Assembly (NCBI GenBank): GCA_964647565.1
Contig: CAZYIM010000014.1
Location: 1-59,641 of the forward strand
Direction of reading: 5' to 3'
DNA: 59,641 nucleotides
Origin: an uncultured Methanosarcinales archaeon
GTDB taxonomy: Archaea > Nanobdellota > Nanobdellia > Woesearchaeales > CAZYIM01
Translations under genes and position numbers: made by a program
In this document: positions 1-10,088 of the stretch, one piece after another
Layout: each line of letters opens with the position of its first letter
Position numbering within the stretch: position 1 is the first letter of the stretch
Notes under the pieces: model-generated
Seen by the model: the letters and a program-made list of their open reading frames with translations, nothing else
What the model was told of the DNA's origin: nothing
Database searches by the model: none

Positions 1-740
1 CTGATAAAGATAATAAAGATATTATTGAGAATAACGAATCTGGCAGGAAGCCGAGACGTAAGTTCAAGGATGTATCCAAGGGCGAACCTGATTTTTCTGA
101 ATTTTTTCATAATGTAAGAGGGGATCATCTAAAAATGTTGTTTACTGAAGATGAAATAAAAATGACTAATCAACGGATTAAGACTGTTAATGATGGCCAG
201 TTTAGTTTAGAAGATCTTGAGGTGCAATGGAATAAGATTGCATTATTCCATAATGCAATAGTACCTATAGATGATTTTGTATTTCGCATGTTTGAACATC
301 AAATTCCAAAAAGAAAATTCCATCTTAAGATTTTAACAAAAAAGAGATTAGAGTATTATCTCAAGCCGTCTCCAGATCAATATGGGGATGCAATGGTAAG
401 ATTGTCTTTGCCACAACATGATGAGAATTTTCTCAATGCCAGCAACAATCGCATCAATCAGTACATCCAGGATTTAGCTGAGCATGACGGTCATTACAAT
501 CTTTCTATAGTTCCTTTAGATGGTGATACTCCGCAACGTAAAGGTCTTTATATCCCTATGTTGAGGACAGATCCAAGATTAAAGCCAGATATGCAATCTA
601 AGTTTGCCAATGTTTTTCTGATGAAATTTGATGCTAAAGAAGAATGTGTAGATTATTTTCACCTGAAATCACTGGATAACACGTCTGATGTTAAGGGATA
701 TCTGAAAAATACCTTGCAAAAATGGAGAAATAAAAAATGA
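1..740 (+). CDS. Array paralog 1, 5' truncated by window
   Basis: Frame of ORF 135..740 is open back to base 3 (DKDNKDIIENNESGRKPRR); bases 1-55 are identical to the 5' end of paralog 5; core GLYIPMLRTDPRL. Confidence 0.9.
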   Translation, partial: DKDNKDIIENNESGRKPRRKFKDVSKGEPDFSEFFHNVRGDHLKMLFTEDEIKMTNQRIKTVNDGQFSLEDLEVQWNKIALFHNAIVPIDDFVFRMFEHQIPKRKFHLKILTKKRLEYYLKPSPDQYGDAMVRLSLPQHDENFLNASNNRINQYIQDLAEHDGHYNLSIVPLDGDTPQRKGLYIPMLRTDPRLKPDMQSKFANVFLMKFDAKEECVDYFHLKSLDNTSDVKGYLKNTLQKWRNKK

Positions 741-1474
741 CTGAAAAGGATGATATAATCGAGAACCATACTTCTGGTAAGAAGCCGAGGAGGGTTCCTA
801 AGAATCCTGCTAAGATCGAGCACAGCTTTGAGATTATAGGATCTGGTGATAATGAAAAGGCCATCCTAAGGGCTTTTGACCAGGAATTCATAAAAATGAC
901 TAAGAAAAGAATTGAAGCGAGACCCCCCTCATTTAAATTCAAGCCAGCAAGATTTGATGAAAAATGGGCAGAAGTGGCAACATTTCATAACGACCTGACA
1001 GATATACTGGGCTTGATGACTGGTTACTTTCAACATGCCGGATACATACGGATTAATAATTCGTTTGGAAACGAATCAATCCTTGAATATTATACATCTA
1101 GCAATACTGAAAAAATAGGTTCTGTTTTTGCCAGATTTTCGCTTCCTAAATGGCACCATAATATGCTGGGGTGGACCAATGACCGAATTAATAAGCATAT
1201 CCGTGATTTGATGGAATCTTATTACCAGCTTACAATAGTGCCCTTAGAAGATTGGGAAAAGCCAATGGACAAAGGGCTCCTTATCCCTTTCGCGAAAAAT
1301 TATAGACAGATCCCTGAGAGTGCGAACAAAGATGATGATTATCATGTCTTTAGGTTAGATTATGATCGAAAGAACAACAAAGCCATGTGCAGCTATCAGG
1401 ATTCCATGACTTATAGTACTGGATGCCAAAACGAAATTAATGCCTTAATCAGTGACTGGAGAGGACGAAAATGA
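737..1474 (+). CDS. Array paralog 2 (245 aa)
   Basis: Leader TSGKKPRR; core GLLIPF; ATGA overlap; close to paralog 3. Confidence 0.9.
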   Translation: MTEKDDIIENHTSGKKPRRVPKNPAKIEHSFEIIGSGDNEKAILRAFDQEFIKMTKKRIEARPPSFKFKPARFDEKWAEVATFHNDLTDILGLMTGYFQHAGYIRINNSFGNESILEYYTSSNTEKIGSVFARFSLPKWHHNMLGWTNDRINKHIRDLMESYYQLTIVPLEDWEKPMDKGLLIPFAKNYRQIPESANKDDDYHVFRLDYDRKNNKAMCSYQDSMTYSTGCQNEINALISDWRGRK

Positions 1475-2208
1475 CTGAAAAAGATGATATTATTGAGAAC
1501 CATACGCCGGGTAAGAAACCGAGAAGGGTTCCGAAGCACCCTCCGAAGATCGAGCACAGCTTTGAGCTAACAAATAACATGAAATGGGAAAATAATATCC
1601 TGCAAAGTTTCGATCCTGAATTTGTCAGGAAGATTTATCAAAGAATATACGCAAAACCAGACTCAGTTAAATTCAATTCTCAAAATCTGGATAATAGATG
1701 GAGCGAAGTGGCTACATTTCATGATGATCTGGTCAATATAGTTGGTTTAACGGATAAATACTTTGTAAATCAAAAATATGTCCAGATAAACCAAACGATG
1801 CAAAATAATAATCAATTTAGAGAATATTATTTTTATGGCTATCATAGAGATCTTCAACAAATATTTTGCAGATTAGTACTGCCGTTTTGGAATCAGAATA
1901 TGCTTAATTGGCCAAATGATAAAATAGATACCTGTGTTGATAAATTAACAGAAAATATCTTTAATCTTACCATAGTGCCGATGAGCAGCAATAAGCCTAT
2001 GAATAAAGGCATTTTTATGCCGTTCTTAAAAAAGAGCCCTATGATGCCTGAGGCAGCAGAACCAGATGATCAGTTCTATATATTTAAGATGGACTATGAT
2101 CCTGAGAAAAAGACAGCCAAATGCAGCTATTATGATTCTGATAAAGATATCTCTTATTGTGATAATTCTATTCGGAGCATCATCCAAGAATACAGAGGAC
2201 GAAAATGA
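1471..2208 (+). CDS. Array paralog 3 (245 aa)
   Basis: Leader TPGKKPRR; same length as paralog 2, shares KIEHSFE, EVATFH and KPMxKG. Confidence 0.9.
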   Translation: MTEKDDIIENHTPGKKPRRVPKHPPKIEHSFELTNNMKWENNILQSFDPEFVRKIYQRIYAKPDSVKFNSQNLDNRWSEVATFHDDLVNIVGLTDKYFVNQKYVQINQTMQNNNQFREYYFYGYHRDLQQIFCRLVLPFWNQNMLNWPNDKIDTCVDKLTENIFNLTIVPMSSNKPMNKGIFMPFLKKSPMMPEAAEPDDQFYIFKMDYDPEKKTAKCSYYDSDKDISYCDNSIRSIIQEYRGRK

Positions 2209-2915
2209 CTGATAAAGATGATATTATCGAGAATAACGAATCTGGCAGGAAGCCGAGAAGGGTACGGAAGAATCCAGATAAGGATAAATATGTCTATCAA
2301 ATATTTAAAAGTGCCTTAGACAAGAAATTTTTAAATATTGACGATCTTTTTGATCAAGATTTTATAGATTTCACTATGAAAAGAATTCTAGCATCTGATA
2401 AAGGTATAAGTCTGGAACGTATGAAGACAGGCTTGCATGCCGCTGCAAATTTCTATGATCCTATCGTACCTCTTGATAAAGTATTTTCTGAAATGTTTGA
2501 AGGCAATTATTTTATTATGGTTAATAATGAGAAGACTGATGATTACTATGTTTTTAAGCCTACTTACAATCAATTGGCAAAGCTTTCTTTACCCAAACGT
2601 ACAGATCTACTTTTGCATATGACCAATAGAAAATTCATGAGAACAATGGAAGATTATAATTCTTTTTCAGAAAGGTACAATCTTTGTATTGTGAACTTGG
2701 ATGATGACGATAAAACACAAAATAGGGGTATTTTTATTCCGATGTTGAGGGATTGCAATGGTGTTCATGAAGATCTGCGTTCTAACTTTGTTAACATGTA
2801 CTCTGTCGAATATAAAGATTTTATTATTTATCATGCTGATTATTGCCAATCATTTGAAGATGCTGAATCACTAAAAACTGGTATACGATCAAAATTTCTG
2901 GGGTGGCACAAATGA
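2205..2915 (+). CDS. Array paralog 4 (236 aa)
   Basis: Leader ESGRKPRR; core GIFIPML; ATGA overlap; close to 6 and 7. Confidence 0.9.
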   Translation: MTDKDDIIENNESGRKPRRVRKNPDKDKYVYQIFKSALDKKFLNIDDLFDQDFIDFTMKRILASDKGISLERMKTGLHAAANFYDPIVPLDKVFSEMFEGNYFIMVNNEKTDDYYVFKPTYNQLAKLSLPKRTDLLLHMTNRKFMRTMEDYNSFSERYNLCIVNLDDDDKTQNRGIFIPMLRDCNGVHEDLRSNFVNMYSVEYKDFIIYHADYCQSFEDAESLKTGIRSKFLGWHK

Positions 2916-3643
2916 CTGATAAAGATAATAAAGATATTATTGAGAATAACGAATCTGGCAGGAAGCCGAGGAGGGTTCCTAAGACTGCTCCAAATAAGGA
3001 TCAAACTTTTACATTGGAAGACGACTTTCTAGATATCTTTAATAACAATTTTCTGGCAAAGACAATCCAAAGGATAAGGAAATATCCAGATAACAACGAA
3101 TTTGATTTAGGGAGCCTAGGAGAAAAATGGCATTCAATCTCGAAATTCCAAAAAGAAATAATACCTATAGATAAAATTGCCACATCAGTATATGTTTATG
3201 CAGAAAATCCTTGCTTTATACAAATCTACAATGGTGATGTGTGGGAATATTATGCTTACAAATCGCAACATAGATTTGGAAAAACTGTTATGAAGCTTGC
3301 GTTGCCAAAATGGCCATTGAATTTACTAAAAGCTACCAACAAATCGATTGAAGATAAGATAAGTAATTTGAACGAAAATTTATATGGCTTTATGATAATT
3401 CCTCTTGATAGATATAATCAACCAAAAACAGATCGAAATGGTTTTTATATGCCTTTTCTATCCACAGATTCTCGTATTCAAGAGGTAATTACTAATAAGG
3501 CCAGATACCCTCTTTTTGAACTTGAATACTCGGAGGATCCCTCGCCTACTTGTAAATTTCTTGAGACATATTCAAAGACTACATCTATCATTGATGAAAT
3601 TCAATTACGAATGAAAAAATGGAAGGATAAAAAAAATGACTGA
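2912..3643 (+). CDS. Array paralog 5 (243 aa)
   Basis: Start moved from 2903 to the ATGA overlap at 2912; leader ESGRKPRR; core GFYMPFLSTDSRI. Confidence 0.9.
   Translation: MTDKDNKDIIENNESGRKPRRVPKTAPNKDQTFTLEDDFLDIFNNNFLAKTIQRIRKYPDNNEFDLGSLGEKWHSISKFQKEIIPIDKIATSVYVYAENPCFIQIYNGDVWEYYAYKSQHRFGKTVMKLALPKWPLNLLKATNKSIEDKISNLNENLYGFMIIPLDRYNQPKTDRNGFYMPFLSTDSRIQEVITNKARYPLFELEYSEDPSPTCKFLETYSKTTSIIDEIQLRMKKWKDKKND
2916..2970 (+). repeat. 55-bp exact direct repeat of bases 1-55 (leader of paralogs 1 and 5)
   Basis: ctgataaagataataaagatattattgagaataacgaatctggcaggaagccgag at both sites. Confidence 0.9.
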
Positions 3644-4325
3644 AAAAGACGATATAATTGAGAATACTACATCTGGCAGGAAGCCGAGGAGGGTTCGGAA
3701 GAATCCGGATAAGGATAAATATGAATATGATACTATTGTGGATGGTGTTGATGAGCTTTTTGATAAACGATTTGTTCAGATGACCCTGGCAAGGATTGAA
3801 GCTGGAGAAGAGGCGTTTGAGCTTGATGATTTTATCTGGCACAAAGTCGCTAAATTCTATGATAAGGTCTTGCCGCTTGATGAGTTTGTATATCACTTTT
3901 TCAACAACTCATATTGTCTTGAAATACGTAATGATGATTCTTTTGAGTATTATATCGAGGGTAATGCTGAAAACAAGGTCTTGATAAAGTTGTCATTACC
4001 TAAATATAAGAAGAATCTACTGAAAGCGACCAATAAAAATTTCTTGGATACCATGAGCATACTTGAAGCTCGTGTTGCTGCGCAAAATTACAACCTAAGC
4101 ATTGTGCCCTTGGATGAGGAAAACAGACCTAAGCCATACGGCATTTTTATTCCTATGTTCAGGAATGATAAGGAGATACATGAGGATATAAGGTCGAAAT
4201 ATGCTAACCTGTACACAATTGAGTTCGAGGATGGAATATGCTATACCAAATATGATGCATCCTTGGATGCTAGTTTCTGGTTATATAAGCAAATGGAAAC
4301 AAAATTCGAATCTTGGAAAAAATGA
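3636..4325 (+). CDS. Array paralog 6 (229 aa)
   Basis: Leader TSGRKPRR; core YNLSIVPLD..GIFIPMF. Confidence 0.9.
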   Translation: MTEKDDIIENTTSGRKPRRVRKNPDKDKYEYDTIVDGVDELFDKRFVQMTLARIEAGEEAFELDDFIWHKVAKFYDKVLPLDEFVYHFFNNSYCLEIRNDDSFEYYIEGNAENKVLIKLSLPKYKKNLLKATNKNFLDTMSILEARVAAQNYNLSIVPLDEENRPKPYGIFIPMFRNDKEIHEDIRSKYANLYTIEFEDGICYTKYDASLDASFWLYKQMETKFESWKK

Positions 4326-5014
4326 ATGAAACAATAATCGAGAATGATGAATCCGGCAAGAAGCCGAGAAGGATACCTAAAAAAGTAGATAAAGAGAGCT
4401 ATGAATATAGTTCATTCCACACAGGGATTGAGAGCCTTTTTGACAATGATTTTATTGAGTTCACCCTTAAGAGACTGAAAGTACAAGGGCGGATTTTCGA
4501 TCTAGAAGCTTTCATCTCAGAATGGCGTGTGGTTGCCGACATTTATGATAAGATCTTGCCATTTGAGGAAATTGTAACTGACTTTTTTGAAGATATTAAC
4601 TACATCAGGATTGATAATGATATCAATAATGAGTACTTTCTGCTGGATGATAATACTGATGGAACCAGACGCCAAATCATAAGGCTTTCTTTACCTGTTT
4701 GGCCTTCTGGCCTGTTATATCAGCGAAACCACCAATTCATAAAAACTATTAGAGATCTGGAAAATACTGCACATCATTTCAATCTGAGCATCGTACCCCT
4801 GGATGAGAAATTCGAACCTAAACCATACGGCCTTTTTGTCCCTATGTTTAGGAAAGATGGATGCACACATCCTGATCTGCAAGCCAAATATGCCAATATG
4901 TATTCTCTGAGCAACTTGCAGAAAGGAATGAAAATCAATTATGATCAATCCTTTGAAAATAAAGAATCCCTGCTTGAGGGGTTCAGATTCAAATTTATGT
5001 CATGGGTAGAATGA
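4322..5014 (+). CDS. Array paralog 7 (230 aa)
   Basis: Start at ATGA overlap 4322; leader ESGKKPRR; core NLSIVPLD..GLFVPMF. Confidence 0.9.
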   Translation: MNETIIENDESGKKPRRIPKKVDKESYEYSSFHTGIESLFDNDFIEFTLKRLKVQGRIFDLEAFISEWRVVADIYDKILPFEEIVTDFFEDINYIRIDNDINNEYFLLDDNTDGTRRQIIRLSLPVWPSGLLYQRNHQFIKTIRDLENTAHHFNLSIVPLDEKFEPKPYGLFVPMFRKDGCTHPDLQAKYANMYSLSNLQKGMKINYDQSFENKESLLEGFRFKFMSWVE

Positions 5015-5817
5015 AAGAAAAAATAATATACAAGCCTGAAAGCGGCAAGATAAAGAAGAAGCGAAGGCTAAAACCTTTAAGAGAGTTTTTTGGTAGTCGT
5101 GAGCTTACAAATCCTTTTGATACAAAAAGCGTCTATAAGCCAAGGCTTAAATCAACCAGGGAGTGTGAAATATCCTCTTTGGCAGATTCAGTTGACAATA
5201 TTGATTATTTCTCATCACTTAAAGCAACCAAACTTGGCCTGGTGGATATTGGTAAGCTGGTTGATTTGTTCAAAGAAGCGCGAGTCTATAAAAGAGCTGT
5301 TAGAGCTGCCTGGTTATATTCATTCTGTGATATCCCCGAGTTCCCATCTATTGAGTTGATGGATATGACCCTTCCCTGTGTTTATGATGAGTTTCCAGAA
5401 GATGCCAATACATCTAAATCCACTCAAAAATTCATAAAGTACTTCCTGGCGGCGCCTGAGCTGGAGAAGATTTGGTGGCCTATGGAATTCTTTGGAGCTG
5501 ATTATTACGATCTTCAGATACATTTCAAGCACACTGAAAACAGCAAGACCCGCAAAAGCCTGTATATACCGTTGATAAAGGGCAATTCCCTGATTCCTGA
5601 AGCGAGTATGGACAACTTTTGGCACATCTTCTATGTGACTAATTACAAGGAAAAGAAACGCTCTGTCTTTAATTTCCATAAGACCATGCAAGATGCCAGC
5701 ACTGCTATGTGCACTGCAAATAGGAAAAAGATCAACGCACCAAAGCTGTGCGATGAGAATACTCATTTCATACATGAACTTGAATACGCAATCAAGGTGT
5801 GGGGTGAGAACAAATGA
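5011..5817 (+). CDS. Array paralog 8 (268 aa)
   Basis: Start at ATGA overlap 5011; leader PESGKIKKKRR; core LYIPLIKGNSLIP..WHIF. Confidence 0.9.
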   Translation: MKEKIIYKPESGKIKKKRRLKPLREFFGSRELTNPFDTKSVYKPRLKSTRECEISSLADSVDNIDYFSSLKATKLGLVDIGKLVDLFKEARVYKRAVRAAWLYSFCDIPEFPSIELMDMTLPCVYDEFPEDANTSKSTQKFIKYFLAAPELEKIWWPMEFFGADYYDLQIHFKHTENSKTRKSLYIPLIKGNSLIPEASMDNFWHIFYVTNYKEKKRSVFNFHKTMQDASTAMCTANRKKINAPKLCDENTHFIHELEYAIKVWGENK

Positions 5818-6656
5818 TATCAAGACCAGATCCAGATACGCTGCCTCCGATATCAAGAGAACAAACAATAATCGAGAATGATGAATCTGGCAAGAAGCCG
5901 AGAAGGATAAGGAAATCCAAGAAGAAGTACGCTAAAGTCTTCTGGAACTATCTCGACCTGGTTCATTTTCCTGGCGCTACCCACATCAATCCTTACCAGG
6001 ATGGCGAGAACAAGCTGAAAGATCATATCAAGAAGATTTCAAGGGAAGGTGAGATCATTACACCGTTTTCTATTGATGAAAGCCTGATCCTTAATGGTCT
6101 TGAAGAAGAAGGGAGAGTGGTCAATATTGCTGGATTAGCAAAGGAACTGTTCAAAGACGCTAGATTTCTACTGGATTCAGTTGAAATAGACGTTGGTTAT
6201 GGCAAGAAAGCAAAAGAAGTCCGGTATGACATCACTGATATCAAAGGATTTGATAATAAAATATTGATGGCCAGATTGTCTTTGCCTGTCATGTCAAAAT
6301 ACTGGATAGAAAACACTCCTGACCATGTAAAAGAGATCATAAGAAAAGAGCTTAAAAAACAACATGTAGAAAGACTTTACACGCTTACCATCCTTTTTCC
6401 CAAGTCTGAGGACCATGACTATAGGGGACTTGTAATACCCCTTAGCAGAAAAAACCATCTGATCCCTAAGAAAATCAGGAAGGAGTTCGGCCATATATTC
6501 TACTATGTAGCCAATGATATAGTCAAGCCATTCTACGGAGCACCACATACAGATTTCAGGTATTATGATGTCTATTTCAACAAGCCATCTTTTGAAAGGG
6601 GAGTAAGGGATGCTATCAACGATCTGGGCAGCTGGGGGAGCAAGAAGAATGATTGA
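5814..6656 (+). CDS. Array paralog 9 (280 aa)
   Basis: Short Pro-rich extension then ESGKKPRR; core GLVIPL..GHIF; close to 10. Confidence 0.9.
   Translation: MISRPDPDTLPPISREQTIIENDESGKKPRRIRKSKKKYAKVFWNYLDLVHFPGATHINPYQDGENKLKDHIKKISREGEIITPFSIDESLILNGLEEEGRVVNIAGLAKELFKDARFLLDSVEIDVGYGKKAKEVRYDITDIKGFDNKILMARLSLPVMSKYWIENTPDHVKEIIRKELKKQHVERLYTLTILFPKSEDHDYRGLVIPLSRKNHLIPKKIRKEFGHIFYYVANDIVKPFYGAPHTDFRYYDVYFNKPSFERGVRDAINDLGSWGSKKND
5863..5909 (+). repeat. 47-bp leader repeat matching 4329-4375 (1 mismatch)
   Basis: aaacaataatcgagaatgatgaatc[c/t]ggcaagaagccgagaaggata. Confidence 0.9.
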
Positions 6657-7445
6657 AGCGGGAACAGGCAGAAAGCCAAGAAGGACAAGAAAGTCCCAAA
6701 TCAAATACGGAAATCTATTTTCACACTATTGGGATAAAGTCATGTATCCCTGGGCCGGCCATATCAACCCGTTTGAGGAATATAAATTTCAGAAACATTT
6801 TCAGAGGGTCCAAAAAAGAGGAGAATCGCTTGTTGAGGGATCGATAGAGGAATGCCATCTATTTGAAGAGCTTGAAGATGAGGGACATGTGATTAACATC
6901 GCCCAATTGGCGCAGGATCTTTTCAAAGGAGCCAAATTCACGCGCGCTAATGATCACTATCTCATGAATATTGCAACAACACTCGATGATTTGAGATATG
7001 AAATTACTAACATAAAGGGATTTGATTATCCAATAAAGATGGCCAGACTTTCCTTGCCAAGAGTCTCAGATGCCAGGAAAAATATATCTTTTGATGAAAG
7101 GTATGGCCTGATCAAGAAATCTCTCAAGAAAAGGGATTACGCCATCCATTACACCCTTTCTATAGTGTTTCCGATTAGAAAAAGTAGCTGGCCTTCCTAT
7201 CACGGCCTTATTATTCCGCTGAAAAGGAAACACTTCATGATACCCAGGAAAACAAGAAAAGAGTTCGGCCATATTTTCCGATATGTGGCTAATGAGCGAA
7301 GTATACAAGATGGAAGACCAAAAACAGATTTCCATTACTATGATGTCTATTTCAACAAGCCATCTTTTGAGAGAGGAATAAGAGATGCTATCAATGACCT
7401 GGGCAGCTGGGGGTGCAAGAAGAATGATTGAAGCAGGAACAGGCA
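6564..7445 (+). repeat. 107-bp junction-spanning direct repeat pair (6564-6670 and 7339-7445)
   Basis: 99/107 identical by manual comparison; covers the gene tail, stop, next ATG and leader. Confidence 0.9.
6649..7431 (+). CDS. Array paralog 10 (260 aa)
   Basis: Start moved to MIEAGTGRKPRR at 6649; C-terminus nearly identical to 9. Confidence 0.9.
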   Translation: MIEAGTGRKPRRTRKSQIKYGNLFSHYWDKVMYPWAGHINPFEEYKFQKHFQRVQKRGESLVEGSIEECHLFEELEDEGHVINIAQLAQDLFKGAKFTRANDHYLMNIATTLDDLRYEITNIKGFDYPIKMARLSLPRVSDARKNISFDERYGLIKKSLKKRDYAIHYTLSIVFPIRKSSWPSYHGLIIPLKRKHFMIPRKTRKEFGHIFRYVANERSIQDGRPKTDFHYYDVYFNKPSFERGIRDAINDLGSWGCKKND

Positions 7446-8263
7446 AGATAAAGAAGAAAAAGAAAGTGAAAGGCATTAATCTAGATGGGAGATACGTATC
7501 ACTTGAGACCTATAGAAAAGTACACTCCTGGAAGGGTGGAACTCCGCGCAAATTAAGAAAGGATATGGAAAAAGATATTAAATCCTGGAAAGAATACTTT
7601 TCAAGAGCTGCAAGGATGTTTTCTGATAATACACCAATCGATCTAGAAGAGGGCTCATTTACTGAAAAAGAGTTTGCACAAAATCTCAGAACAGCACTTA
7701 GAAATGAATATGTAGATTTGCCTGCTGTCGTTGAGAACATATTCATAGACAAGCAATATTTGAACAAAGAACACAGTAGGAACGACCAGGTTTTTTACAT
7801 TCATAAAAAACTATCTGCACTTATTGTTGAACCTAGTATTGATTTTATTGACATTGCAGTAATGGTTATGCCAAAAGATTCTGTTGAAACACATATTCTT
7901 CAGAACACTCTCATCGATAAGAAGATGGACTGGATGGCTGGAATAGGCATTTCAGGCAGTAATTACTTTCTTGAGATCTACCTGAGAAAGGGCGCAATTC
8001 AGCATCCAAAACACATCAAGGCAAGGGATGTTATATTGGTGCCTATGATGGGCAATCATAAGCATGTGCCCGAACCGCTCTACCAATACCCGGGCCACAT
8101 AATTCACCTTAGCTACCAAGTTTGGAATGAACAATTTTCAGACGGTGGCGAAGTCGTTCCGCGAGCAGAGATCAAAAAGAAATACATCGGAGTCTATCAT
8201 TCTACGAAATCGCTTGAATCTGGCTTGAGACAAACCCTTGAAAGGTTGGGAGGTGGCAAATGA
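7424..8263 (+). CDS. Array paralog 11 (279 aa)
   Basis: Start moved to MIEAGTGKIKKK at 7424; core LEIYL..VPM..HKHVP..GHI; related to 12 and 13. Confidence 0.9.
   Translation: MIEAGTGKIKKKKKVKGINLDGRYVSLETYRKVHSWKGGTPRKLRKDMEKDIKSWKEYFSRAARMFSDNTPIDLEEGSFTEKEFAQNLRTALRNEYVDLPAVVENIFIDKQYLNKEHSRNDQVFYIHKKLSALIVEPSIDFIDIAVMVMPKDSVETHILQNTLIDKKMDWMAGIGISGSNYFLEIYLRKGAIQHPKHIKARDVILVPMMGNHKHVPEPLYQYPGHIIHLSYQVWNEQFSDGGEVVPRAEIKKKYIGVYHSTKSLESGLRQTLERLGGGK
8249..8255 (+). promoter_or_regulatory. Shine-Dalgarno GGAGGTG inside the 3' end of the upstream gene (example; also 9151, 17100, 17891)
   Basis: Complementary to the 16S rRNA 3' end and 4 nt upstream of the next ATG at all four sites. Confidence 0.8.
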
Positions 8264-9165
8264 GCGGAGGAGGTGTTGCTGGAATTCCTGAGCACTTGAA
8301 AAAAATGAATGTGCCTATCGAACTTGAGGCAGAGGTGGCAGCAGTGTTCAATGATCCGCGAGACAGGGTTATTGAGGCAGGCAGCGGTAAAATAAAGAAA
8401 AGAAAGAAAGTGATGACTTTATTCGGGATTCCTTTAAAAGAAGCTTATTGGGTTGAAAATTTTGGATCAACTGGAAAAGCTAAGTGGGAGGAACAAGAAA
8501 AACTGATCAATAACATTTCTAGGGGCATGATGGGTTTAAGAAGTTATTGGAACTTTATTTATTCTTTTAATATCCAGAAAGAATCATTTGCAAATAAATT
8601 TTATTTTGAACTTGAAAAGATTTTAGGAGATAGACATATCCCGCTGCCAAGAATAGCAGATGAAATTTTTTCAGGAGGAAAATATCATTTTAAAATTGAT
8701 GATCTTCATGGAACAGGGATTCAAAGATATTATATAACTCATAGGGATTTTGATAATATTCAGCTTGCAATTCTACAGCTTCCTAAAAGAGTAGTCAAGG
8801 CTTCAACTCTTAAGAAGACATTGATAAACAATAATAAAAAATTAATCGAGGATTCAGGTCTTTCACATGACAATCTTTACCTGGAGATTTTTTTCAAGAT
8901 AAAACCTTCAACTGGAAAATCCGTACAAAAAAGAGAGAGTATATTTGTTCCATTAACACCTAAACACAAATATGTACCCAATCATATGAAAAGATACTTT
9001 GGACACATATTTCATCTTACTTATGTGATAGAGAAAGGACAGAAATTCTCAAGCAAAGCTATCAACTCATCAGTTAAGTTAAGATACATCGGTGTCTATC
9101 ATTCTACGAAGGCTTTAGAAAGCGGCCTCGGAAAATACCTATCTAATCTTGGAGGTGGCAAATGA
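8260..9165 (+). CDS. Array paralog 12 (301 aa)
   Basis: GGAGGTG RBS plus ATGA overlap; extension of about 37 aa then EAGSGKIKKRKKV. Confidence 0.9.
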   Translation: MSGGGVAGIPEHLKKMNVPIELEAEVAAVFNDPRDRVIEAGSGKIKKRKKVMTLFGIPLKEAYWVENFGSTGKAKWEEQEKLINNISRGMMGLRSYWNFIYSFNIQKESFANKFYFELEKILGDRHIPLPRIADEIFSGGKYHFKIDDLHGTGIQRYYITHRDFDNIQLAILQLPKRVVKASTLKKTLINNNKKLIEDSGLSHDNLYLEIFFKIKPSTGKSVQKRESIFVPLTPKHKYVPNHMKRYFGHIFHLTYVIEKGQKFSSKAINSSVKLRYIGVYHSTKALESGLGKYLSNLGGGK

Positions 9166-10088
9166 GCGGATCAGGTGTTGGAGGGGATGGATCGAATAAA
9201 GATAGAATATCATCAGAGATGAGGACTATGATGCATTTCATGATGGAAGAGAGATTAAGAAATAAGCCAATCGAGGCTGGCAGCGGCAAGATCAAGAAGA
9301 AAAGAAAACTGAAGAAACTATATGGCAAGTCCATAAGAAGTATCAATAGAACGCTAATCTGGAAAGGCAATCCTAAGAAGAACTGGAAAAACCAAGAGAG
9401 ATGGATAAAAAACACAACAAGAAAATTTTCTGGTTTTTACAATTCAAGTATAGTCTATAAAAAGAGTTTTACTAGAAACAGGAGCCTGGAATACCTAGAA
9501 GGGATGATGAAGAGACAGTTCATCTCCCTGCCTGAGATTGCAGAGACTGTTTTCTATGGCTATTATTATCGTCGGACCTATGAACATCCGATAAATAATA
9601 TGAAAATCCAAAGACATTTTCTTAAGCCTACAACTAATAATTCCAACATTGAACTGATAGTGATGCAGACCATCAGGACCGAAACCAAAGAATCCATTAT
9701 CAAGGAGACTTTGATGGAAGACTCAAGTTATCTTCAAAACAAAACAGGGATATCGCATGATAACTTGTACATGGAAATATTTCTGAAGAATAATGTGAAA
9801 AGAAAGGATAAACTGAAGATCAGAAAAAGCATCCTTATACCTATGACCTGCCAGCATAAGTATTTGCTGCAGCAGTTGAAACAATATCCAGGTCATATTC
9901 TCAAGCTGGAGTATTCATTGGCAGAGTGGAATGTCGAAACTCCATTAAAATATACAGGAAAATTCACTTATGATAAAACTGGAAAGTATGTCTCAAAAAT
10001 CAACATTAAACATTTCGGAGTGTACAGAACAACAGGGGCGCTTATAGACGGCCTAACTGATGTTCTACAATCGGGAGGTAAGAGATGA
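9162..10088 (+). CDS. Array paralog 13 (308 aa)
   Basis: GGAGGTG RBS plus ATGA overlap; extension then EAGSGKIKKKRK; shares SHDNLY with 12. Confidence 0.9.
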   Translation: MSGSGVGGDGSNKDRISSEMRTMMHFMMEERLRNKPIEAGSGKIKKKRKLKKLYGKSIRSINRTLIWKGNPKKNWKNQERWIKNTTRKFSGFYNSSIVYKKSFTRNRSLEYLEGMMKRQFISLPEIAETVFYGYYYRRTYEHPINNMKIQRHFLKPTTNNSNIELIVMQTIRTETKESIIKETLMEDSSYLQNKTGISHDNLYMEIFLKNNVKRKDKLKIRKSILIPMTCQHKYLLQQLKQYPGHILKLEYSLAEWNVETPLKYTGKFTYDKTGKYVSKINIKHFGVYRTTGALIDGLTDVLQSGGKR

